Made by a program: the position numbers and the translations under genes. This document shows, one piece after another, positions 34,121 through 44,309 of a stretch of DNA of 45,666 nt. The DNA lies in NCBI RefSeq assembly GCF_001194135.2, contig NC_068996.1, positions 19,620,664 through 19,666,329 of the forward strand, written 5' to 3'. The notes under the pieces were generated by a model. That model was not told the DNA's origin, made no database searches, and was given only the letters and a program-made list of their open reading frames with translations. The DNA comes from Octopus bimaculoides (Eukaryota). The first letter of the stretch is position 1. Each line of letters begins with the position of its first letter.

Positions 34121-34273
34121 GGAATGTAGGCTGATAGATTGATAAATATGTAGGTCGGTAGATAGATAAATAAATGGATATATAGATACAAAACAGATAA
34201 TTGTACAACTGACAGAAATATTTACACTCACATTAACACCCACACACACATACGCATGCAGTTATATCAGTCT

Positions 34274-34393
<120 letters not shown>

Positions 34394-34870
34394 CATACAC
34401 GCACATATCTGTATATAAATGTATATCACCAGTGAACTAAACCCCTCATATTCTATATATTATCGTTAGAGGAGACAACAAACATTAAGACAAGGCAAAC
34501 ATCTCAAGTCATATACAATATTATTACTGGGAAAAAATTCAGTCTTACAGCTGTTTCTGGGATATCCATGAGTTTGGGATATCAGAGACAAATGGGGGGA
34601 AAATAGAGAAAATGAGAATGTTATATATTAATGAGATGACGACATAGAGGAAGTGAGTAAAAGGATAAGGAGATGGAAAGAAAGAAGTAAAAAGAAGCAT
34701 AAATGTTTGTTGCCCTTTTTAATACTTATATATCCGCTGCGTCAGAAATCTGCAATGGCTCCATAACTACCGTCTCGTCTATAACCTTGGGGCCCTACAG
34801 CATTTACCTAGCGTGCCTAATCGTTTAGATCACTTGTGAACTAAACCCCCATAATTTGTGGCTGTGTAAT

Positions 34871-35267
34871 AGGCGCAGGAGTGGCAGTGTGGTAAGTAGC
34901 TTGCTTACCAACCACATGGTTCCGGGTTCAGTCCCACTGCGTAGCACCTTGGGCAAGTGTCTTCTATTATAGCCTCGGGCCGACCAAAGCCTTGTGAGTG
35001 AATTTGGTAGACGGAAACTGAAAGAAACCCGTCGTATATATGTATATATATGTGTATGTGTGTATATGTTGTGTATCTGTGTTTGTCCCCCAACATCGCT
35101 GGTGTGTTTAAGTTCCCATAACTTAGCGGTTCGGCAAAAAGAGACCGATAGAATAAGTACTAGGCTTACAAAGAATAAGTCCTGGGGTCGATTTGATTCG
35201 ACTAAAGGTGGTGCTCCAGCATGGCCGCAGTCAAATGACTGAAACAAGTAAAAGAATAAAAGAATAT
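34871..35267 (+). mobile_element. Full-length octopus-type tRNA-derived SINE with an internal (TA/TG) microsatellite
   Basis: A-box-like GTGGCAGTGTGGTAAG, B-box-like GGGTTCAGTCCC, conserved body and A-rich 3' end. Many partial copies occur in this window. Confidence 0.92.
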
Positions 35268-35760
35268 ACATATATATATATATATTTACATACACACACA
35301 TTGCTCCGAGAATTGTAATGTTTTCTAAGTTTAACTAAATTAATTCATTTTTATTTTGGACATTATTTCAAGGTGTTACTGATGCTGGGTTTAGAGAATA
35401 GAGTCATTTTACGAAATAATTCCATTTTGAATTTATAATGAATTTCTAAATAAAAAATGATTGCGCATTTTTTATTTCTGGCTTTAATTTGATCCGAAAA
35501 CAAACAAGTTCGAACACGGCCAAAGAGGTGAAAAAATATTACTGATCATACACTAATAAATGAAGGAAAATGAAAAAGACAAAGCCATAGGAATGACGTT
35601 TTAACAGCGAATAAGGTGAGACAACACAAAAAGAAAGCCTTTTTTAAATGAGGTTACAGGTTATTGATTTGAGAGGTATTTTGTTGCTACTTTTTGCAGC
35701 TCGAGTTACTGCAAATTAGCACGTCAGTTACCTTCTTATATAATTAGCTGGAAAGGGAAC

Positions 35761-36245
35761 TGGACCGATTTTAAGCCAATTAGATAAATTTGTTCAAACT
35801 GGATCCCGCGTCAAGAGAGGGCCCAACACACATGCTCGAGCGGAGGACGCGATGATGAATTTTTAGTATATCATTGTGGGCTAACGATGAAGCCTGAAAC
35901 CTACAACGATTTTTGGCTGCGACTGGCGTACTACACGTCAATCTTCAGCTTTTTTAGAGTAGAGGTCCCCATAGACAATTCCCTAATAGGGCCCCACAAT
36001 TCTTCGCGCCGGATCTGTTGGTGGTAATAGTTTCTTTTTGTGATAGCGCTAGTGGTTTTAGACAGGACATGTTTTATGCCAATTGGACAGATTTATTCAA
36101 ATTGGGTTGTGCGTCAAGAGAGGACCCCGAGAACACACTCGAGTGGAGGACGCTATGATGAATTTTTAGAATATCAGGCCCTGAACGCTTTTCGGTTGGG
36201 ACTAATGTACTACACGAAGCATAAAACTTCAATCTTCAGTTTTTG
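35761..36245. repeat. Diverged tandem duplication with 303 bp period
   Basis: gccaatt.ga.a.attt.ttcaaa...gcgtcaagagagg...ctcgag.ggaggacgc.atgatgaatttttag.atatca...tactacacg...tcaatcttcag.tttttt occurs twice (GCGTC at 35808 and 36111). Confidence 0.85.
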
Positions 36246-36250
36246 TAAAC

Positions 36251-36415
36251 AGAGGCAGCATTAATACAGAAGGGAATATTCAACCCCACTTAAACGTAGA
36301 TGTTCTATTAGAACAAACTATACAGCGGTAGTTACCATGAGAGAAATGCTCATATTGCTTTTTTTTTTAGTAAAACAAAGCTTTCTTGTTATATCACCAG
36401 TGGGAAGATAAATCC
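36251..36415 (-). mobile_element. Partial inverted copy of the retrozyme-like unit, without the hammerhead part
   Basis: The reverse complement ggatttatcttcccactggtgatataacaag...tttctctcatggtaactaccgctgtatagtttgttctaatagaacatctacgtttaagtgggg aligns to copies A, B and C. Confidence 0.8.
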
Positions 36416-36416
36416 C

Positions 36417-36800
36417 TAATAGAACATCGACGTTTAAGTGGGACTAAATATTACCTCTCGGTATTAACACTGCCTATGTCACTAATATATGTGTTTGTTA
36501 ACGAATTAACTGCCTGATTGTGACACCAGCGCCTGTTCTGGCACTCTCAATCTATATATTGCTGGCGATGAGGTGAATCGCTGTTGTCTCTAGCGGCCGA
36601 GCGTCCATCACCAACGAGACCAAAGAAGGTTGAAATCATGTGATCTGGTGGTCTCGCTAGCAATATAAACAAGAGTGCATTTTGCACCAAAAAGACAATA
36701 TAAGAGTTTCTCTCATCGTATCTACCGCAGTATAATTTGTTCTAACAGAACATCCCATGTTTAAGTGCGGATACATATTACCTCCCGATATCACTACTGC
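36417..36800 (+). mobile_element. Retrozyme-like repeat, copy B (~1.15 units, period 327 bp; hammerhead motif at 36605-36651)
   Basis: agaacatc...gtttaagtg..tattacctc recurs at 36421 and 36748. The hammerhead region reads CCATCA-CCAACGA-GACC-AAAGAA-GGTT-GAAA-TCATGTGA-TC-TGGTGG. Confidence 0.8.
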
Positions 36801-37067
36801 CTTTGTTGTTAATATATATTAATCTTACTCTACTTTAACACTCTCGGCTCAATCAATGATAGGTTCATGTAATTCCTGGCCTGATATTACTACTGTAAAG
36901 TTCTGTCTCATTGAGACGCACTGTACGGAAGTTCGAATAGCAGTAGATTCCTTAAGTTAGTATATAACCGTATTATTGTGTATACTGCCCCTGGCTAAGG
37001 AGATTAAATAGAGGAAGAAGTTGAGAAGATTCAGATCGTATTTTCTTTACTTTCCCAAAACAAATCA

Positions 37068-37230
37068 GGCGTGGCTGTGTGGTAGGAAGCGTACTTCCCA
37101 ATCGCATGGTTCCGGTTTCAGTCCCACTGCGTGATACCTTGAGCAAGTCTCTTCTATTGAAGCCTCGGACCGACAAAAGCTTGTGAGTCGATGTAGCAGA
37201 CGGAAACTGAAAGACGCCCGTCTTATATGT

Positions 37231-37316
<86 letters not shown>

Positions 37317-37685
37317 ACAGAAACACAAACACACACACACGGACACACATATATGAGTGCAAGTATGGCTGTGTCTTGCACAATAGCTTCGGGCCAACCA
37401 AAGTCTTGTAAATAGATTTGATAGACGAAAACTGAAAGAAGTATGTGCGTGTGTGTGTGTGTGTCTGTGCTTGTTCCCACAATAATTTGACAACAGCCGG
37501 AGTTGACGTGTTTACGCAACCGTAATCTAGCACTTCGACAAAATGTTCCTATAGAAAAGAGAGAGACAGAACAAGTATCAGGCTTTAAACATGTACTGGG
37601 GTCGATTCGCTCGACTGAAATTTTTCAAGGCGGTGCTCCAGCATGGCCAGAATCTAATGACTGAAACAAGTAAAAGAATAAAACA
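37068..37685 (+). mobile_element. Two adjacent SINE copies (5' half at 37068-37230; internally deleted copy at 37355-37685)
   Basis: Similarity to 34871-35267. Confidence 0.85.
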
Positions 37686-37885
37686 ATAAAATATAAAAAT
37701 AAGAAAAAAGTCGATACCTGATGAGGTTAAATGTGTAATGAAACAGAATTGCAGACGTACAGAATGCGATACTGAAATGTCATTATCTGTCGTTACATGT
37801 TTTGTACTTTCAAAGTTTGGTTTTTGAGACGTCCGGCGCCCTGGGACGCTAACATAAAATTTTGACTTTGTTAGTGTCTCGTCTC

Positions 37886-37951
37886 ACTGAAGATGATGCT
37901 TGGTGGGACACTTGACTGTTCCACTGTCTTGGCCAGGTCATCATCCGCAGT
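37886..37951 (+). ncRNA. Pre-miRNA-like hairpin (candidate only)
   Basis: ACTG-aa-GATGATG-CTTGG-TGGGACA-(14 nt loop)-TGTCTTG-g-CCAGG-t-CATCATC-cg-CAGT; 23 pairs including G-U. Confidence 0.3.
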
Positions 37952-38142
37952 ATCGCCAGGTGTGTTGCATAAACATGTGAATGGACCTCTTCACGTTAAT
38001 TATTTTTCATCTTTTACTTTCAGTTCATTTATTAGCTGTTTGTTTCGTAAATTGTGATCTTTTTTACTGTCAGAAATAATACTTATAAATCGCCTGAATA
38101 TCTTTTTAAAAATACTATAAGAAATAGAAAAGTTAAGAAAAG

Positions 38143-38555
38143 TAATGTGACTATGTGTTAAGAAGCTTGCCTCCCAACAAAATGGCTCCGAGTACAGTCC
38201 CGCTGCGTGGCACCTTGGTGTCTTCTACTATAGTCTTGAGCCGACCAAAGCCTTGTGAGTAGATTTGGAAGATGGAAACTATAAGAAGGCCGTCATATAT
38301 ATATGTATATATATATGTGTGTGTGTGTGTGCGTGCGTGTGTGTATGTGTGTGCGTGTGTCTGTGTGTCTGTGTTTGTCCCCATTCCACCACTTGACAAC
38401 TGGTTTTGGCATCTTTACATCTCCGTAACTTAGCAGTTCAGCAAAGGAAACCGACAGAATAAGTACCTGGCTTTAAAAAAAAGGACTGAACATTCTTCAA
38501 GGCGGTGCCCCAGCATGACCGCAGTCTAATGACTGAAACAAATAAAATATAAATG
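38143..38555 (+). mobile_element. Near full-length, diverged tRNA-derived SINE
   Basis: Colinear with 34871-35267, including the central microsatellite. Confidence 0.88.
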
Positions 38556-39144
38556 CTAAAGCAAAGAAAAATATATTCATTTAATATATCGTTTTAAAAG
38601 GACATAATAAATTTGAAGCAAAAACAATTTCAATTAAGAAATAAAGTATGAAAAACGCTAAAACTGGTGGTATTTCTAGAAACACATGCATTGCAATGGC
38701 TGTATCAACTGCAAAATTTATATCATGCTATAAAATTTTGACAGTTGAGAAGCTCCTGGTAAATTATTCGACTGTGGTTGCAGGAGCCTAATAAATATTA
38801 CTTTTTGAATACATAAGTTACCACCGATGTTTCTAGCGAAGACCTTGATAGAAAACCATAACTTCTGTGGTCTGACAGCTGTCGAAATGGGTTTTTTTAT
38901 GTGCTCTCTAAAGCGTTTATGAAACGAACGAATGGCTCTGTGTATGAAAAACCTGTTGCATTCTACATATTTAATAGAAAACATTCATTATCTAAGCTTT
39001 CATTTGTCATGTATTTTTAAGTGGACAGTTTGCTAATGTTTGTATTCGATGGGGATCAAATGTTTTCCATTACACTGTGAGTTACTTAAATAAAATTCCG
39101 AATAAACAGGTTGTTGTCCAAATTTTATGCACCTTCAAAAGTTA

Positions 39145-39652
39145 CACTGTGTAACACGAATTTTGTCCTTAAGTAGCAACTGTTATTTCCTATTTGTTTA
39201 CCCCCAGAAATGTAAAATGGCTAATATTTCATTAAAACTTTTCTTTAGTACATTTATTCAAACCTCAAAAACTCCCTCTCAACACATGGTTATGATGCTC
39301 CCTAACTACTCTTGCTCATCATCAGAGATACACATATTGTCAGCCACTAAGGAACATGCTCAAGAACTTCAAGTCAAGCAACTGACAGCCAATCTGTGCT
39401 ACCGAGCAAAACATTTGCTATAACGATATTTCTGCTTCAGCAACTCAGCCCTGAATCTGTCTGAAATGTAATGGAAAATAAGTCAATTTCAAAATATTGA
39501 TATCCAGGTAACAAATGCAAAGTTTGGAAGGAATAATAGTCAGTTACTTTGATTTTCGGATAGAAAAAAATAAGAAATAACACTTACTGATCAAAGACAA
39601 TAAATGAATAAATAAAAAGAAAATTAAAAATTAAAAATTTTGTTACACAGTG
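39145..39652 (+). mobile_element. ~508 bp MITE with 19-20 bp terminal inverted repeats (Tc1/mariner-like TA target)
   Basis: TA-CACTGTGTAACACGAATTTT ... AAAATTTTGTTACACAGTG-TT; no ORF. Confidence 0.85.
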
Positions 39653-39869
39653 TTCTCAAGCATCTTGAAACTACTTTTTATGAGAAATTTACTACTACAA
39701 TATCGTCCATGTATCTCGCTAAGTCGAGTCAAAAAGACACCAACATATACTGTGCAAGCCGCACAAACGTCACTGCAGAACGGTAGTAGTCGAATTAGGC
39801 CTGCATCCTTTATTCTAAAGCCTTAGCGTGGAGCGTTCCCCCAATAGGCCTTTCTGAATGACACAATGA

Positions 39870-40290
39870 CATAATCATTCTGATGAGACTAGGTTCTCGT
39901 TTCAACATAAAACCGGCAGATCTCGATCATGAGAATGGTAATAACCCCGATGGAGCAACCCTCTTTCCATTCAAGGCAAGCAGATCTCTAGTCTGGGACG
40001 TGACGTGGAGCGACACGTACTCCGGTTCCAGCCTTGCAGCATCACCTGCAAACCTGGATGTCGCTGCCTGTAATGTGTAGGAGAGTAAAATCAATAAATA
40101 TAGGTGCCTTCCTTGACGCTATCAGTTTGCATCGGACAAGTTAACTAGGACCTCATACTACCAATTTTCTCTGCAAAATAGGGATAACGTTGACCTATCG
40201 GAGAAATTAGCCCCGTGAGGTGGAATAGCTGGTGTAGAGAGTGTCGCTGGTAACGCCATCGCGGTCATTAGCGCGGGGCGCGGCTGAGCT
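39870..40290 (+). mobile_element. CRE-like REL-endonuclease non-LTR retrotransposon remnant
   Basis: NGNNPDGATLFPFKASRSLVWDVTWSDTY...AACNV*ESKINKY...YQFA...PREVE*LV*RVSL fits the RPDG.T..PW..G..L.WD.T..DT...K..KY pattern. Clade assignment is tentative. Confidence 0.7.
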
Positions 40291-40939
40291 CTCCAACAGT
40301 TATGGAATATGTGGCCCATCGCTCGATCTCCCTCCATCTTCCGCTCCTTTACCCCGCCCCTTTTTTTCCTATTTTCTTTTTCTTCATCATTTCTTTCCTC
40401 TTTCTTTGAATCTGTGTGAATCTTTTAAATTTAAAACCTATGACAAATAGAGAGAGAAATCGCGTATTAGAATGATATTGTAATAGCAAACCAGTTCTTA
40501 CTTCACAATTAAGTTCACGTTAATAATTGGAAGTGTCCAGATGTAAAAACAATTATTTCAACAAAAAACATGCCCAGGAATGAACTCTTTACGAGGACTC
40601 ATCTGCTCAGTCGTGCAATGTACGAGAAATAGCAGACAGATCTCACATAATCATACTCCACATTTTGAATAACTTGGAACAGACAAAATGACCACATTTG
40701 AAATGCATTCGATCATTGGTATGGTCAACATCCGATAGGTGAGGACTAAACAAAAGTAAAACAAAAGACATTTTCATGTAAGAGATTATTAGTAATCAAT
40801 GACCTTGTTGCAACTTGGAGAGTTATTTTTATTCTCATTGCTGAAGAGATTTATTTTGAAAAAGTGTTTCTATTTCACGCAATCAGAATCAGTTCAACTC
40901 TGTTTTCCGTCTCAGTTTTTTTCGCACCAATATACAATA

Positions 40940-41015
<76 letters not shown>

Positions 41016-41155
41016 AATACCAACAACTTTTACTATTGCCGTCGTAGCCAATGGCCTTCTTACTAATGCATGTGAAGTCCAGTCTTCTGCTGCGTATAGA
41101 CTTGCTTTTTGAGTAACTCTTTGCCGTATTACATTTCTGTCCTGTAATCATTTAT

Positions 41156-41524
41156 AATTTTCCGCCACCTCCAGCGCCGAGACCACCAGGTCACGTTATT
41201 TCGACCTTATTTGTTCTTTTCAGTGATGGATGCTCGACCGCTAGAGACAGCAGCAATTCATCTTACCCCCAACGGTATATAGATTGAGAGCGCCAGAATA
41301 GGTGCTAGTGTCACGATTAGGGAGTTAGCTTGTTAAAAACTATATATTAGTGGCAGAGGCAGTGTAAATACCAAGAGGTAATATTAATCCCCACTTAAAC
41401 GTGAAGTACAAACTATATTGTGGAAGATTACGTGAGAGAAACTCTCATATTGGCTCTTGAGTTTAAAATGGCCCCTTGTTTATATCAGTAGCGGGAGACA
41501 ATTCCCCACTATATCCAGCGCCGA
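41156..41524 (-). mobile_element. Retrozyme-like repeat, copy C (one 344 bp unit plus ~25 bp terminal redundancy; hammerhead motif at 41183-41229)
   Basis: ccagcgccga occurs at 41171 and 41515. The minus strand reads CCATCA-CTGAAAA-GAAC-AAATAA-GGTC-GAAA-TAACGTGA-CC-TGGTGG. Confidence 0.8.
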
Positions 41525-41865
41525 TCAATTGATTTCTACCTTGTTTGGTCTTGTTATTGATGGTCATTCGACCGTGTGTCAATCTTCAGACTCACAATTC
41601 TATTGATAACCGTATATGAGGATCAACGCTGGAATATTGCTATTTTAAACCAACGGTAAAATTACTAAATAAATTTATGCAAAATAAACCCTATCTTAAT
41701 ACAAAACATAAAACTAGGGCACAGCCGAGTTTTCAATGCAAAACAAATAAAAACTGTTGTACATACATAAGGTATACACACATATACACACATACATACA
41801 TACATACATACAAACATACATACATAGCATACATACATACATGCATAGCATACATAAGCGGTATT

Positions 41866-41983
41866 GTCTACGGCCATATCACGCTGAGGCATCGGTTCTC
41901 GTCCGGTCACCGAAGTTAAGCAACGTCGAGCCTAGTGAGTACTTAGATGGGTGACCGCTTGGGAAACCTAGGTGCTGTAAGCA
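41866..41983 (+). rRNA. 5S: Solitary 5S rRNA copy, probably a retropseudogene
   Basis: GTCTACGGCCATATCAC...CTCGTCCGGTCACCGAAGTTAAGC...AGTACTTAGATGGGTGACCGC.TGGGAA...GGTGCTGTAAGC, 118 nt. No oligo-T terminator; an A-rich tract follows. Confidence 0.9.
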
Positions 41984-42229
41984 TAAAGAAAAGAAAAATA
42001 ACAAAGCGATGGATCGGGGCTTGTGGGGTCGGAGCGTGGCCTGATCATCGCTTCATTTGTGTTGTCTAACGTACTGTTAATATCATTCGATTTTTTATAT
42101 TTTATATAATTTTTAAAGTGATATTTTATGTAAACCATTCGCATTACTGATCCCAATCAGTTGTTTTGTACCATTCTATGTTTAGCCCCCTGTGGGTAAT
42201 AAAGAAATTGGTATCATCTACCGATAAGA

Positions 42230-43000
42230 CATGAATGTTGAAGCTAATGTTCTATATAATGAGATCCGTTGGAAGGATAACCCTGAAGCCAAAGAAATAA
42301 GAACCCACAATATGGTAGAGGCCATAGTCACTCATAATATAAAAGAATACAGATGAAATGTCCCAGTGAAAGCCTCAAAAGTTTTCAAAAATAATAGCCC
42401 TGACATAGTGATTTAGGACAAGGAAGAAAAGCTGCGTACAGTAGTACAAATTAGCTGCCCATCGGATGTTAATATAAAGCTAAAGATCAGTTGAAAACAA
42501 AATACCTACGCTGAATTATTGAAAAATCTACAGTTACTGTATCCAGATTACAGCTTCAGTAATTATTGGAGTACTACCAGTAATTATTGGGGTACTGGGA
42601 TATGTAACACACCGCCAAAGAACCAATCTTGAGAAATTAGGCTTCTCAAAGCCAGAAAGGAGAAAGCTGATTCGAAGACTACAGATCCAATCCATCACTG
42701 GAACTGTAAAAATTTGTAAAACTTTCCAGGCATTTATCATTTAAGCATATACGAGCATGTCTAGATATGCAACTATACGCGTGAGAGTATATACATAAAA
42801 CAAAACACAAATGTGCATATGCACTGACTCCAGATACTCTACATATACACACATACATGCAGATATACCCTGTTGGTGTTGCTGAAATTCCAGTGAAGGA
42901 NNNNNNNNNNNNNNNNNNNNNNNNNNNNNNNNNNNNNNNNNNNNNNNNNNNNNNNNNNNTCTATTGACAAGAAATCTTGGAATAAAACTGAATAACCAAA
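42230..43000 (+). mobile_element. R4-like REL non-LTR element 3' end followed by (CATC/CATA)n
   Basis: NSPDIVI*DKEEK...QISCPSDVNI...YAELLKNLQLLYPDY...IIGVLGYV...NLEKLGFSKPERRKLIRRLQIQSITGTVKICKTF, plus 3' UTR. Confidence 0.85.
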
Positions 43001-43285
43001 TCCATCCATCCATCCATACGTACATACATACATACATACATACATACATACATACATACATGCATACATACATACATGCATGCATACACACATACATACA
43101 TGCATACTACGTACACACATACGCACGTACGTACATATATACATAAATATTATACATTCATATTTACTTACATAAACACATTCATACAAACACATATAAA
43201 AACACATATACCTTCATATACATACATTGTCTTACTTCAGGCATGACTACAACAATAACTACGGCTGCTGCTGCTGCTGCTGCTG

Positions 43286-43327
<42 letters not shown>

Positions 43328-43539
43328 TAATAGAGCCTAATAATGAAACTGACCGCTGCATGTCGACACATATCCATGCTGACTATCAACATATTGTCAG
43401 CATATTTTGCAACAAGAGAAACGATAAAAGAAAAAATTTCCTAATAGTTGTCAGAACGTCGTATCTAATCATTTAAGAATATTCTTAATGAAATATTTCA
43501 AGAGAAAATAATTTCACTATCAAAACTATTGCTTGAGAT

Positions 43540-43780
43540 TGCTCATGGCTTTGGTGACTTGATAAACTTTCTCCATATTGGTCGCTTTTTCGCTTGGGTT
43601 TGCCATTTATCACGATCAGTTCCTTTCTACTTTATATTACTTTTTGTAGTATCTTTGAATCTCAGTATAAGTCTTTCATGGTTTCTTTTCCCCTTGCATA
43701 GTTGGAAGTAAAGAAGTTGTCTGGGGATTCTGTTGTTATTTATCCTGTGTACGTGGCCCAACCAACCTAAAACTCTATCA
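43540..43780 (-). mobile_element. RTE-clade LINE C-terminal remnant
   Basis: GWLGHVHRINNNRIPRQLLYFQLCKGKRNHERLILRFKDTTKSNIK...W...A..RPIWRK. Confidence 0.85.
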
Positions 43781-44309
43781 ATGAGGATTTTTAACAAATG
43801 TAAACAAATAAATAACAAATGTAAATAAATAAATAAAATAAAGCGAAAATGAATGAGTTCCTAACGAAATATAAAGATAATGTAAAGGCATACTTATCTC
43901 AATGATTGCAACACAACACAATGGCGATACAGAGAAAAAAAATTGAAGAAATGTAAAACAATAACAATAAAATAGTGCCACTGTGGGACTTTGAATATTG
44001 AAAAGGGGATCATCGATGTACAGAAAACTATCAATTATGTCGTGTTTCCAATCACATGTAACTTGAGAAATAAATACGTTCTCCACCAACAAAGAATGAA
44101 AAGTAAAGCAGAAAAAGGATTTTAATATAAAGAGAACATTAAAATACCGGTTAATTGCTCTCAAACGGGAAGTGAAGGCCATCAGCGAAAAACTCCAGCA
44201 TCAGAAGAAACTAACTGAAAGCAAGTAAAATTCAATCGAAACTAATCAACAATGTACATCAATGGTTCTCAACCGTGATCCATATGACACTTTATTTACA
44301 TTATTTACA

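Noticed and set aside
35840-35900. C/D snoRNA (ATGATGA...CTGA) or twister ribozyme in the 303 bp repeat
   Set aside because: The C-to-D distance is only about 19 nt in the second copy, and the twister UAA/P2 elements are absent.
37716-37760. CTGATGA...GAAAC hammerhead-like spacing
   Set aside because: Helix II is imperfect, there is no NUH triplet (GAC) and at most 3 bp of helix I; no second copy to rescue it.
38690-38990. Possible host-gene exons in unique AT-rich sequence
   Set aside because: No recognisable protein motif and no consistent splice sites with an open frame.
39879-39905. CTGATGAGAC motif
   Set aside because: It lies in decayed coding sequence of the CRE-like remnant and is followed by GTTTC rather than GAAA.
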